Shown piece by piece: positions 12,628 through 26,140 of a DNA stretch of 64,000 nucleotides; within the stretch, counting starts at the first letter, position 1, and each line of letters begins with the position of its first letter. Location: contig JAQFVV010000007.1 of NCBI GenBank assembly GCA_028023455.1, forward strand, positions 6,634,001-6,698,000, written 5' to 3'. The stretch comes from Epiperipatus broadwayi (lineage: Eukaryota; Animalia; Onychophora). Below the pieces are notes generated by a model, which was not told where the DNA came from, ran no database searches, and was given only the letters and a program-made list of their open reading frames with translations. The translations under genes and the position numbers were made by a program.

Positions 12628-15449
12628 AAAGTATTAACCTGTTTTCTGCTTTCCAGAACTACAGAGCCATCTAGCATAAGTATGGATAAATAATGGATAC
12701 AACTTCAGACAAACTTCTGACTTATACACTTTGTTAATGAAGAATTTGGCTCTAATACATTTAGCATGTTCAATGTCATCTTTAATTTTTTATATATATT
12801 AATGAGCTAAAAACTTAAAATTAAACAAAGAAATTAAAGTTTGAGCCAAAGCAAATTGCTTGGATAATAATACAAATTTGACATTAAACTGGTGTCTAAA
12901 TAAATGTTAGCACAATGTCAAATATACATAACTATATACAGTTACTGTTATCACATAAGCAGGTTGGCCTGAGTTCAAATATTAGAATATTTTTTTAATT
13001 CAGACTCCTATTTTGATAGTATAGTATACAATGAAGACCATAAACCAGAAATTAGTCTGGGGATATATATATATATGACACAGTCATTTAGTGTGCATAG
13101 ATTATTCAATAGATGGTCTAAAGCAGATGAATACAATTGCTCTTGAAAGCAAATGTAAGCAAAGTCATGTGTTGGTATAAGTTATTTGCTGTTAAAAAGA
13201 GTAATTAATAGCAGCCTGATCACATTATTTTAAAAAGGCATTTAATTCTCCTTTGTAAACCACAAGGTTTTTCATAGATGCACTGCTGTATAAAACAATT
13301 TTGTCCCAGAGATACCTTAGAATGCTCTGCTATTAATACAGTCAATAGAAGAAACTTGTATTGTAAAAAAGATGCATTTTTAAGATAACAAAGTTAAATG
13401 CAGAAGAGGTGTCATTAGCTTTAAATAATTTGATGGAAACTCCATCTATCAAATTTTTGAACAGAATCTAGAGAATCTTCCATTAAATACCCTCCATATT
13501 TGATATTTTATTTTTATAATTAAATATTTTTTCTATATATTATGTAATTAAATTTAATATTATAATGTACAATTGTAAGCTTTTAAGTGATATCAATTTT
13601 AAACATTTAATTTTTTGTTAAATATGAAAACAAACATCTTAACGAAGTTCTGACCTATAACAATAGAGTGTGTGGACATTGGATGTAATCTTACTATTTA
13701 AAAAGTTAGAATTTTATGTTATTATAAAAGGATATATTGATATATTTAGGATTAGTTATCCTCAAAGAAAAACAAAAATTCTAAAAGCTAATAAATTATT
13801 TATCGTTATTAAAATTTTAAAGAATATTCTATTTACTGTTTTGACAAAAGCTATTTCTTATTACTGAATAAAAAATGCTTCTCATAGCCATAACAAACTT
13901 TTTAAAAGATGTATTTTAAAAAATAAAGTATTTTTCAAAGGCAAACTCTTATTAATGATGTAGTTTTTGGTTTAAAAATAGATCTTTTAGGAAAAATATT
14001 GTGTCATAATCATTAATTTATAAACTTTACATTTTTCTTTACAAATCTAACATTCAATAATTTAGATTCAGGCTAAAACAATCTAAAACACTCAGCCAAT
14101 TGTAAATTAGTTACTGCCTTCATAGCTTTATCATAACAATAGAGCACTGTTAATCATGAAAAAAGGTCATAATGCTGATATCTTCAGGTTTTTTTAAAAA
14201 ATAATACATTAAAATTGTAGAAGCAGGTAAATAAGAAGCTGCAAACTATTACACACTACAATATAAGGTTATATGTCATCTTAAACAATATAGAAAAAAA
14301 GATAGAAAATTGTAGTGCCATTGTAATGCTTAAAGCATCAAAAATCAAAACTGGATTACTGCACAGCTGCCAAATTAGTTAAGGTGCAAAAAAATTAAAA
14401 AGCTATTTTTTATTTAAACTTAAATTGCTTTTATATATAATTCAAAGTTATATGCATGCAATCATAACATCATTTTATTCAGATGTTTTTGAATAGTGAA
14501 GTGATTAAGAATATTTTTTTTAAAGATTTTTTTTTAAACTTTTTCTTTCTGTTTGTTCAGGTCAAATCTTGTAACAGTTTTTAACTTATTCCTATCAAAT
14601 GAATTTTTTTCAAATTTTATATATGTCTGATAGTGATGATGAAGTTATATTTCAGTGTTTTCCAGTAGTGAGGGTCAGCCACATTTCAAACTGCATTCAG
14701 ACAACTCCCATAATTTTTGAATGATATCACACAGTTATTAATTTAACATAAATATACAGCTTAAAGCTGCATTACAAATGTAAAAAAAAATGCTTGTGGA
14801 AATAAACATGAAAAATAATTTTGAGTGTTGCCAGAATAAGAACATAATCAGACAATAAATAATGCTGAAGTTACTTTGACTTGCACTGGGTTTGGTTTGC
14901 TCTTCTTTATATAAACAAGGCTATTGAATATTTTTTTATGATTAATGATTTCAAAAAATTGCAGTGATACACAGATCGATTTTTTAAAACAGAAAGTCAA
15001 TTGCAAAATGCCCAAATCCTAAAAAATAAAAATAATATATATAAGAAATATATTATTTTAAAAATGTTTTATTTAATTCTATGACTTATGCACTAAAAAG
15101 CAAAAAAAATATTTTTTTTTCTTGAACCACAATTTTGGGTGTTATATGAAACTTTAAACAAATCCATAAATTAATTAATTCAATCAATTTATGGCTGCAC
15201 CAATATTTTATTTAAAGTTCCATATAACAAACAGAATTATTGTTAAAGAAAAAATATATTTTTTGCTTTTAAGTGAATTAGTCACCATATTAAATAAAAG
15301 CACTTTTTAAAAAAAATATACATAGATTATTTTAATTATCTATAATAGAGACATAAAGAACCATTTTGTTTACCCCCCCCCCCCCAAGTAAGAGCTGCAA
15401 GGAAAGAAAATAGTTTCATAAAAAATATACATTTCTAAATGGATAATTG

Positions 15450-15636
15450 AAATATTATACTGGATTCCAAGAGATTGTAAAAGACCCAGAAAGAGACTAC
15501 ATGTGAGATGGATTGATGAAATAAAAAAGTGTGTAGGGGTGATGCAGAGAAGAGAAGCTAGAAATCAGAGAAGATGGATTGAATTTGTAAAGATCTTCAT
15601 TCTGCAGTATATTGATAATGGCTAATGATGATGATT
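15450..15636 (+). mobile_element. RTE LINE 3' end
   Basis: Translates WIPRDCKRPRKRLHVRWIDEIKKCVGVMQRREARNQRRW...ILQYIDNG-stop, followed by a (GAT)n tail. Confidence 0.85.
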
Positions 15637-15747
15637 AAAGCAGTGGGGGGGGGGGTTAAAGTTAAAACATGATTATTTCTTTGTGTTAAAGAAATCAGAA
15701 TAAGAACTACAATAGTTGATATAGATAAATTATTAGATGACAACTAT

Positions 15748-15800
15748 ATTTGACGGTTGTGGGTTCGCGTCCCGGCCGATGCTATGACATATAAGAAGAA
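15748..15800 (+). mobile_element. 5'-truncated tRNA-Gly SINE (B box and tail)
   Basis: GGGTTCGCGTCCCGGCCGATGCTATGACATAT plus an A-rich tail. CpGs are intact, so it is probably younger than the other copies. Confidence 0.7.
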
Positions 15801-16573
15801 AAAAAAGAGGCATATAAAGTAATTTGTTTGGAGCGATTAGGTAAAAAAAAGAATACAAATGAAATGTAGCCACATTGATTTGGTGTGGAATGAGAAAAAT
15901 AAGTTGGAAAAATATGCTTATTAAATATATATATATATGAAAAAAGTAAATGGGGAAAAATTGATAACTTTTGTAAAATTAAAGAAGGAGTGGACAGATA
16001 CTTTGTAGTAGAGGAATATAAAGGCTTACTGTTAGAGATTGGAAGAGAGATGGGAGAAAAAAAAACAATAGGCGATTTAAAAAAAGAAAAGTTTTTCAGA
16101 AGCAGAGCAAATAGTAGAAATGCTAGGAGAAAATAACTCTAGGTTTGAAATAGGGCCTGTTTTTTAGAATGAGACTGTCGATAATGACATTTACTAATTT
16201 TATTAAATACATATAAATTATAAGTGTAATAAAGTGTAATTTTAATTAGAGAGAATGTAACTGCTCTTTAACATTAAAAATTATTGCTTTTTATCATTTC
16301 GCTCATGAATAACTGAAATTTTAATAATTTTAATCCAGTTTCTTTAAAATTTTACTAATTAAAAAATAGAACTGAGAAAAATATCCGATAAAGAATAAAT
16401 ATTTTTATCACTTTTCATAAACATTTTATATAAGAATGAGATGAAAATATGTCAATTTTTATGATGAAATTACAAAATGTAGTATTATAAAAATTGGACT
16501 GAAAATTAAAAAAAAACTATCTACAATCCACAACTACTGTGTTACTAATCCATTATGGTTTTAAATTTCCCAG

Positions 16574-16705
16574 ATGATAATTGAAGGAACCCTAGTATCA
16601 AAGTTGGGAATAAAAGTTAGTCATGCCATGAAAATGAGATCACGAATTAGCAGGGAAGCTTTACATGTACGAAGAATTAATGATTCCCAGATTATTTTAG
16701 ATTGA
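16574..16705 (+). CDS. Candidate exon, unidentified
   Basis: Acceptor TTTCCCAG| then an open frame MIIEGTLVSKLGIKVSHAMKMRSRISREALHVRRINDSQIILD-stop. LGIK..A.K..S.I loosely recalls SAM-domain C-terminal helices, but no partner exon was found. Confidence 0.25.
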   Translation: MIIEGTLVSKLGIKVSHAMKMRSRISREALHVRRINDSQIILD

Positions 16706-18069
16706 CTACCTGGATAAATAGCTACACTTATATAAAAAGAACAATTTTTTTTTTGTGTGTGAACTTTATGAGAAATCTAAAACCATGTTAGATTTGTAAT
16801 TAGTTTTAAGTTTCTTTTTAACTTTGATGCTTGCTTTTCTTGTAATTTAATGACAGAAATCTATGCGACTCAACAGATGAATATGTCATTTCTCTGAATA
16901 ATAATCAATGTGAAAAAATAGAAATAATTCTAACCAAAATAAATAAAACTTTCAGTTTTAATATTGCTAACCAGTTATAGATAAATGAATGCACCAAACT
17001 GCTTTTTAAAACTTAAATTTTTATTATGACTATTATAAAATATAACTAAGCACCAACGTTTCAACTATTTTATAATATAGTCTTTTAAGGAAAACTGAAA
17101 AATAAAAATACAAATATAAATATCACATATTCCAAACAAATCAGTTATATATTTAAAAAGTACTCTTATTAAAATAAATGTATATACAAAGATATTTGAA
17201 AAGATTAGTTGTACTGCTACAGGGACAAAAATGTTTTTTTGATTAACATTTGAATCCAAGCTCTGGAATACCTTTTTAAGGATTCCAATCAATTAGGATT
17301 TTTCTTTCAGTAGTCAGCCCATGGCTAATCCAGCGGATCATTCCAATATTGGTTGATAAATGGATATGTAACTATTCAAGGCCAGACTCATCAGGCAGTA
17401 GACAAGCCTAGTTAGTAATTTTTTCTTCACTGCTACTCTAGAAAAACAGTAAATCGACTCTCCTCTTAATTTGCAAATACAATAATCGGTCACACAATCA
17501 CCACATGAAGAGTAAAAATTCAAAACAGATTAAAAATATAATAAATTAACATTATACTCCTATCATTAACTGATAACATAAATTAATATCTCACCTGCCA
17601 GCAGTAGCACCTTTCTTTTTATTCAAAATCACCTTTGTAAACATGAATCTGTGGATGTTAGATGACACTCAGGATGCATCAATGTTAAGCATATTGATTT
17701 ATTCAGTACTTAGCACAGATTTTTTCTCCTATACTCATCTAATTCAGCTAACTTTAAACCACTAATATATTACATGCTCACCACTTTTTTGCTTACATAA
17801 TCCGTTAAAACAGTGGCAATCCTATCCATACAGTAGTGTTACAAGTGCAGGCTATAGTATGGAAAGAATAGCTACTGCTTTAACAGATTGCATAAGCATG
17901 AAAAGTGATGATCATATAATATTTTAATGGTTTGATATCAATCCTGGACAAATGATTTTGGTGACTATCATGACTATTAAAAAGAACCAAACACACCAAA
18001 ATCATACAGATACTGAATGGATTCAGAACTGTATAACAATGCAAGAATTATCTTGAATTTAAAACTTTA

Positions 18070-18865
18070 TTTTTTTCAATTTAGGCTCACAGCTTTATTG
18101 TTGACTAAAAAGATAAAAGGTGACTGCTGGAGGATTGCATATAGTTGCAGTGCTCTCAGATCCAAGACTCCTCACTGATGAAGATTACAAGCTAGAAACT
18201 AGTCTTATATTGAATGAGTAGATGCTAGATAGTGATTTTGATGCACACATTTTTTAGCATTCATTGATTACCATGGCTGGCACTGAGTGGCATGACTGTA
18301 TGGAGAGTATTTTCACCATGAAGTTGATCAGTATATGCACTTGCTCAAATATGGAAGATGAAGGATTAAAAGTGATGCATTCAATATCTGATTATAAAAC
18401 AAAAATTAATACTAGTTTATATAAAGTAATCAAAAACAATTTTTATTAATACTCAAGAAAAAAAGTTTGTAACAAAAATTAAAATTCCATGACTCAAAAA
18501 AAAAAAGAGGAATTCTTGTTTGTTGTTCTTTCTGTAAGTTCACATTTAATACTTGTCTAGTTTTGCAGTGATGATTTAAAACAAGTCCTTAATAGATTTA
18601 AGCTTTCATTTTGTAATTTACATTCCTACACTTACAAACTGTACTGTAAGCCATGTAGTATTGTCTTTCATGAAGATCATTTTCATTTTTGAAACCACTA
18701 AACATCACTTGATCACTGATAAAAGCCACAAGCTAGAAAATAGTCTGGGGATATTAGAAGAGTAGGCATTAGATAGGGATTTTATGCACAAACCTTCTGG
18801 CATTCATTGATTATTCTGACTTGCACTGAGTGGCACTGCTGCACAGAGAGTTTTGCCTGTTTTCA
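18070..18865 (+). mobile_element. Two R1 copies (18070-18312 and 18692-18865) with degenerate HHR1
   Basis: CTGATGA at 18175 and GAAACTAGTC at 18195, with the stem I 3' strand lost. CTGATAA...GAAAATAGTC at 18716. The second copy starts with an inverted AAACCACTAAACATCAC piece. Confidence 0.85.
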
Positions 18866-21534
18866 TTTATAAAACTGATAAAAAAGCAAAACAAAATCAT
18901 GACTGACTGTGTTAAATTTAAAAAAAATGCTTGAGTAAAAACAAAATGGGTCACAGCCAATATTAAAAATTTAAACTTTTTTTCTAAAATACATTATTAT
19001 ATCACAAAGAAAAAAAAGGCTAAATTTACTTATCTGTTATTAACATATTTTATATTAAAATTGATCAGTAGTATATTAAAGACAAAACTAATATGGCAGC
19101 ATACTCAAAGAAAATACTGAAAAATTAAATACAACCTTAACACATTTTCAATACTCAAAATACTTATCAAAAGCAACCACCATATTGCAGATTTTATTAT
19201 AATGATTGCTTTTGACAAGGATGCACAGAACCAAAATATATTAAGTTGAACATTTGCGTTTTGCCCTATGTGCTACAATGCATGGTAGAATGGGTGAATT
19301 TTGGAGTTTAAGATCCATGGATTTTGCCCACCCTGTCATTTCTGGCACTCAAACTTGTTTGATTTCCCAACAAATAAAACCATTTGATTATTCATTTACT
19401 TAATACTCCCAGTGTTTTTACTGAATGTTAAACAGTATTAGCATTGCATTTAAATTGTTGCATTTCAGTGATGAAGTTGATATAGTTTTATTTTTATAAA
19501 CGAATGGTAGTGCAAAAGTTGTATGATGCATCTGAATTTATCTATAGAAAAATTGACATGTGAACTGCAAAGTAATGGCCAGCCTGTTTTATTCTACATT
19601 ATTCAGGATAAAGTTTGAAACTTAAGCCAATTACTTTATCTAGTTAAATCAGTTTGAATTTCAATGAGAAATTATAAAAAAAGAATTAAATGGTATTTGT
19701 GTGGAAGGGCATATGGTGTTTGAGCACCAAAAGTGATAAGTTGAACTTTGACCTAAAAACTTTTAGCTTTATTTTCACACTAAATCACATAATATAGCAA
19801 CTGCATATTTTAATGAAGATAATTTTGAAGTATCAGTATTCACATTTGAACTTTTGGCAAAAAGATGACATATATCAAATGACTCCTTTACAGTACAAAT
19901 AGTCTGAATTTGCCAGTAGTAATAAAAAAATGAAGACTAGCTTCCTTTCTAGTGCCATCTACTGCAATCTTGAGTAATCCGTGATCAACAGACAGTTTAT
20001 TGCATTTAAATTCTTTTGTTCAGACTGGTGTTTAGTCTTTTCCTTTATGTTCTGGGATTTAATGTGTGAAGTAATGCAATAATACATAAAACAACATCTT
20101 TAACAACATTTCACTACTCAAGTTAAAAATTTGAAATTCAAATCAGCCTAAGATTTTGAACCCCAATCAATCTTCTTTGACAGTTATATAAAACTAATTC
20201 CAATTCAGTGTTTATATATTTTAGTACTCTCAATTCTTTATTAACTGTAAGTATTTCACTTCCATGGCTAAGAATGTTAATAATGATAGCTAATCACTTA
20301 ATTCTTCACTTCATACAATTTAATAAACCAAAAGCAGCTGCTCACTCTAGTGCCATCTCTTGTAAGTTTGAGTAACTAATGATTAGCAAACACTTTACTG
20401 CATTTAAATTATCCATCTTCCGATTGGTTTCTGCCTTTATTAATGAGGTTGTGAGATTCAAAGTTAGAATCTATTAAGTAGTAAAATGAAGTTAAAAATA
20501 GTTGCTAGATACTTGACTGCCTGCCTCTCACTTTCAATCCCAGAGCCTCATTCATAAACCCATCAGCCACAAATTGATCTGAGAATAGAGTTTAAATATA
20601 GTAAATTTTCTGGTCATCATTGAACAAACAAGTTTACAGTAAATGGCTTTGGAATGATAGTATGTGGGCTAATTAAAGCTATTTCTTAAACATGTGTAAC
20701 CAATGGCATATCTGAATAGCTGGGCAAGAAAATTGACTTCAGTTCAAAAACTTTAGACTATCTGAAAATTCAAACTACTAATTTAAATAGTATGGATAAA
20801 TCATGTGCAAATGTTTTATATGGATTTCAGCATTTAATAATCTGATGATTTATTTATCTCTTTCATCATGTGAGGTCTTAAAAATGGGTTCTGGGATGAA
20901 GAAAAAAAAGATATTAAAGCTAGAGTATTTCTTTGTTCTTATAAATTAATATCTCAACACAGACTATTAATTTAAAAAAAAAAAATCAATGGTATATATT
21001 TCTTCATAGTTTCTATTTAGAAAAAATTTAGTCTAGAACTTTTCTTATTACATCAAATAAATATTTTTTTACTATACTTTCAAAATTAATAGTGTGTGAA
21101 AAAGAGTGAACTAGAGGGTTAAAAGTTAACAGGTTGAAGTTAGGATTAAATATTATTAAAGTCTTTAGCTAATTTATTCAAAACCAAATATATAATAATT
21201 ATTATTATTGAATGATTTATTGCTCAGGAGTTTACAAAAAATTCAAAAATAAAAAATTAACAGAGATGGATTCATGATGTTTGGACCTTGGGCTTCTAGG
21301 TCTATCACTCTCTCACTATACAGAACCATACCATGCATTCAGTATAATGTTACATTGCATTATATATCATGCTATGGAATTTTAATAGATGCAATGTTAT
21401 TATATTTTCTTCAAAGACAATAAAAACAAAACACAAATGTTTTAGTCATAATAATAATAAATAGCCACTTGTAAAAAAGTATGGCCATTCCACCCATCCA
21501 CACCCCCCAAAAGAGAAAAAAACTATTCTAGAAA

Positions 21535-21880
21535 TAACTTTTTTGATGATTATACAAACCAATGTTTGAACCACAAATATATCCACATGTAGAATATACT
21601 GGTCCAATTTGTTGGTATGTTGTAATGCTGTCTTTTAGATCTTCTTTAGCAGAAATAATTTCTTTGTGAAGTACCCCAATACCACATTTAATTGTAGCTC
21701 TTCAATGTATTCTATTCTCTGCCAATATCTTCTCAAGAACCAATTGACATTGCATTTCCTCTGCATGTTTTTGAGATAATCCTTATATCGTAGACCTCCA
21801 ATAAATACCATGTTAAAGTTCACCAGAAAACATCCTCTTAGGAAACCTTCCACTGTTCATTTATTTTATATGTCAAATCC
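21535..21880 (-). mobile_element. RTE LINE 3' end with C-terminal zinc finger remnant
   Basis: Minus frames give GGLRYKDYLK, LAENRIH-RATIKCG and STCGYICGSNIGLYNHQ, matching the RTE GG...RYKD and C..C....GL..H motifs. Confidence 0.85.
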
Positions 21881-22741
21881 AATGAAGGCGTAATTTTATA
21901 ACAGTGAACTCAATAGCACCATATCCAGCAAGCTGAATAAGATATTGACTGGTTTTACGGTTTTGCCATTGTATACATATGTCATTAATAAAAATTTGAT
22001 ATGGTAATAAAAACAAAGCAAATTATATATGCTCTATAGTACCATACTTAATAATAATGTATTTATAGGATATCTAATACATTCAAATTTATTACTTTCG
22101 CTATAATATAATATTCTTGAAAAAAAAAAAACATTTTTCAGGAATTAAACTAATATATCCGTATTTTAAAAACAATGCATGGAAAAACAAATATTTTTTT
22201 AAACTGAATGCTCATATCTTAATACATTCGGAGTTTGGGAAAATAATAATGGTCGTAACACTATAGAAATAATTTTTATTTCTATTTAAATTTAAAAAAT
22301 TCTTAAAAACCCAGACTTAAAAATAATAAAAGTCTTAGAGGGTAATAAAAATCAACATATATATATAAGTGAATAAAAAGTTTCTGATTGCATTGCACCC
22401 ACCCTCCACCCTTCTCCGTGGAGAGGCGCAATTTTTCCTATTAATCTAACATATATATATATAATAAACTTGTTTTACAAATAATTTTATTTACTATCAT
22501 AAATAATTATATAATTTTTATGCTAAAATACTTGAACCAAAATAAAAATAAAATCACAATATTATATTCAATTAATTATCTCTTTAAAATAAATGTTTTT
22601 GATAATTTGCTTTTGTCAAAGTATTGTTAATTTTAAATTGATTTTTAACTTAAAGTACATCATTTTTTTCTAAAGAAAATTAATATATGCATTTTCTTTC
22701 TTTCTGAAGTACAGACTTTTTCATGCCTGCACTCCAATATA

Positions 22742-22911
22742 TAATATATAGGAGGGTTGAACTCAGACTTTCACACGACTTTCAACTATCCACGCTATTT
22801 GATACTGCTGGTACACTTTCGACATGTGTGTGAGCAAATGTATCAGCTGTATGAGATAGCTTGGATAGTTGAGATCGTGTGAAAGTCTGAGTTCAAACCC
22901 CCTATATATTA
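22742..22911. mobile_element. Foldback element built from two inverted R2 termini
   Basis: TAATATATAGGAGGGTTGAACTCAGACTTTCACACGA...CTATCCA and its reverse complement (~50 bp arms). The GAACTCAGACTTTCA core is shared with R2. Confidence 0.85.
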
Positions 22912-24059
22912 AAGAAAATTAAATAAAATAATGATTCGCAAAGCACTGTTCAGTAAGTCATGATAGAAATGAAACAGTAGCTATATATCTACTTTTGAAT
23001 CAATATGAAATTATATTGGACATCAATTAAAAACGATGATGATGACAAATGATTATAATTATGTCAACAGCATTTCAAATTTGTTGGAAAAAGTATTAGT
23101 AAACTACTGCCTCTGTAAAAAACAACATCCTCAAGGAAAATTACTGTTTTTAGTATAAGAAATAGTTTGTGATGGAACATCTTATAAATTGGAAGAATGT
23201 TTTTATGCATTCAGCAGAAATTAAAAGTGATTTGATGGTATCTAATAATGATAAACAAAATTAGAAGCAGTGAAAAAGAGACTGCAAATTTTTTGCACAC
23301 ACCTAAAGGAACACTTCCTATGGATGCTCTTAATATTTAAATTAAATCCTTAAATCTAAAATAGTAGTTCCCAAAATGAGTGATGCAACCCTCTGGAATG
23401 AACGATCTGGAGAGGAAAGGGGCAATAGTAGTTTCAGGTGCATTTTGGGGAATGCGGAATGAAAGTAAACTGATAATGTAAGTATAAAGAAAATGAGATA
23501 TTTGAAAAACTGCTAGTAAGAGGTGTGACAATTTAATTTCTGGAATGGCAGTGTGGTGTCATCCATGATCTAATTGTGATAAAATCATACAAGTATTGAA
23601 TATTCGTGTCCGAACACATTTAATATTCCCTTTTATAACTGACTAAGATGCTCAAGAATTTTAAATTATAAACATCCGGGGTAAGCTAAAATCTATGCAG
23701 TCAACACATGCACTTTTTACATTTTTGTTTCCACCCTTTTTTCTAGTTTCAGAAAAGGTAAGTTTTACTTTTCTATGATAAAAAATAAAATTTTTATGAT
23801 ACTTTTTATGAACAAGTAAATTGAAGTTTTTTTTGTCTTTCAGGTTTTTCATTGTTAACAGAGTAATATTCACCCTGAAAATTATATCAGAAAAAATACA
23901 ACTTTTTACCGATGTATTTAGAAGAATGAATGTTATTGGGAGCCAATAGTAAGTACCTATTTTTATATATTCTTTAATTATTATTTATATTTGATAAAAA
24001 ATATATGAAAAAAATATTATGGAAACTAACATATACACTGATCAAAAAAATAGCTTGTG

Positions 24060-24420
24060 ATTGTGTAAATTTATATCATGAATTATCTACATTTTGGGTA
24101 TGATGTGGGCTTGGGTCCAGTATTTGAATTTTGTGGCATGAGACAAAGATGAACATATTTTGCAAATATTATGATCTGATTTAGATTTTTCTATAATGTT
24201 TTGTCTGCATTTTAATAGTAATAAAATTATGCAAATGCTAAAAGTAAAGATTTTGATAGTATATAATAAACTTAGGCTGATTAAACACTACTGCAATGTA
24301 AATTTCAGAGCTGTATATCAAATGCAAAGCAAGGTGGCACTTGATGAACCTATTACTAAATTTATGGGTCATAGTAGCATGAAGCAATATGAGCCCTCAA
24401 AACCTATAAATATAGAATAA
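24060..24420 (+). pseudogene. piggyBac-type transposase fragment
   Basis: ORF 24196-24420 has FCLHFNSN...ALDEPITKFMGHSSMKQYEPSKPI, matching the piggyBac LHF.DN...IDE.M..FKGRSS.KQY.P.KP.K motif. Confidence 0.85.
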
Positions 24421-24899
24421 ATAATACTACATCGCACTAATGCTAAACTACTAATTTACATATCTCAAGCTTACCTATAATGAATTTAGTATTTCATTCA
24501 CTTATTTTATTTTATATTTTATTTTGTATATAGTGACTATTTTGGTATTAATTTTTAATAAATTACAAATATTATTAAAGTTCTTTATTATAATATTCAA
24601 ATTATACTAATTATTAATCAATATTAACTATTTATTAAAAATATTAACTTTTATTCCTTTTTTTATTACTTTGAATATCAATGACTATATTTTTTTCAGA
24701 TCAATTATATTCTTTGGTATTTTATGTTTCAAAAATATATATTATGTAATTTTTGAGTAATACAAATTTAAGTTATAATAAAATTTGTGGTGTAACATAA
24801 TTTTTTAAATATTCAATATGGCTGCTTTACCAGCTTAAGAGTTAAGCTAACATGTGAGTAAATCTTAACCTGATAGATCTAGTTGTTAGTTAGCCATTG

Positions 24900-25301
24900 A
24901 GGAGATAATACATATCTGTGGGTATGCTTTGGTGTAAAAATGGGTCATAGTGTGATCATTGTGAGAGAGACTTTTTGGCTAAAAAATCATATACAAGACT
25001 AGACTATCTTGCCTATTCACCTGACTTAGCTCCTTGTGATTTTTGGATATTTCCAAAATTAAAATGCACTGAAAGGACAATTTTTATTTTATTTTAACTG
25101 ATATCCAAAAGAATGTGAGTCAGCTGCTCAACAGTCCTTCTGTAAATGAGTTCCAGATGTGCTTCCAGAAATAGGAACACCATTTTAAACGTTATATAAA
25201 TGCACAAGGAGACTACTTTGAAGATGATAATAGCATTTTATCTGCACAGATGATAGTTTGTGGTTATTAATCTATTACTTATTGCATCATCGTTCATCTT
25301 A
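24900..25301 (+). pseudogene. mariner transposase 3' fragment
   Basis: Translates AYSPDLAPCDFWIFPKLK...TDIQKNVSQLL...EFQMCFQK...INAQGDYFEDD (YSPDLAP motif) with frameshifts. Confidence 0.9.
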
Positions 25302-25454
25302 TATATAATTTTATTTTTGAAGTAAAATGTAAATTTTATTTTGGTTGATATAATTTTTAAAAATTAAATTCTTCCATGTCATTAAATCACGGTTATTATT
25401 AATTTTTATATTTCTGAAATGATTGTTACATAGCATCTAAATATTTAATGAACA

Positions 25455-26140
25455 TCACGTGACTTCCAGTTTAAATAAAAAAGTTGTGATCACGTGATAA
25501 CTCTGTTGACAATTCCGAAGATGTCCTTTAGAAATTAAGTCAGGGCAAAACTGTCACATTTATTATTACTTTTAATTAATTAACTTTAGTTAAAAATTTT
25601 AATTAAAATATTTTTAAATTTTTTAAAAACTAATCTTTTTTTTTTTCTAACAAAAAAAAAAAACAAAGATTAATATTAAGAAAGTTTTCTTATAATTCTT
25701 ATTTTTTAATAAAAAAAAAAAACTCTTTCAATTTTAATTGATAATTATTTTAGATAAGTCTTTTCAAATTTCATTACAGGAGATGTATAATAGAAAATGA
25801 CGCTTGTTACATTTTTACAGAATTTGAAAATTTTCTCATATATACTGTATATAAGAAAAAAATAATGGAATTGTTTATTAAAAAAGGAGTTCCTAAAAAG
25901 TTCGAATACCAGAAGTAATAGAACAAAGCCACGATTCAAATGTTATTATCCCTCCACTATTGTATATATAAAGTAAAAAAATAATAATTGCAAAACAATT
26001 TTAAAAAGCAGACTGCAGGGAAAAGATTCCTTAGTATCTCAGCATCAGGTTGATTGGTGGTCGATTGACAAATGTTTATGGTATTTTAAAAATTATCTAA
26101 GAATAGCTAGATACTTGTGGATTGCTAGCTGGATTGGTTA
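25455..26140. promoter_or_regulatory. Candidate promoter-like region
   Basis: Two TCACGTGA E-boxes (25455, 25490) and two ATTGG reverse-CCAAT boxes (~26053, ~26133) in a locally CpG-retaining, non-repeat stretch. Confidence 0.3.

Noticed and set aside
17305-17400. Minus-strand CTGATGA at 17388-17394 as a hammerhead or C/D snoRNA
   Set aside because: No GAAA or stem II. No terminal stem or recognisable rRNA guide for a snoRNA.
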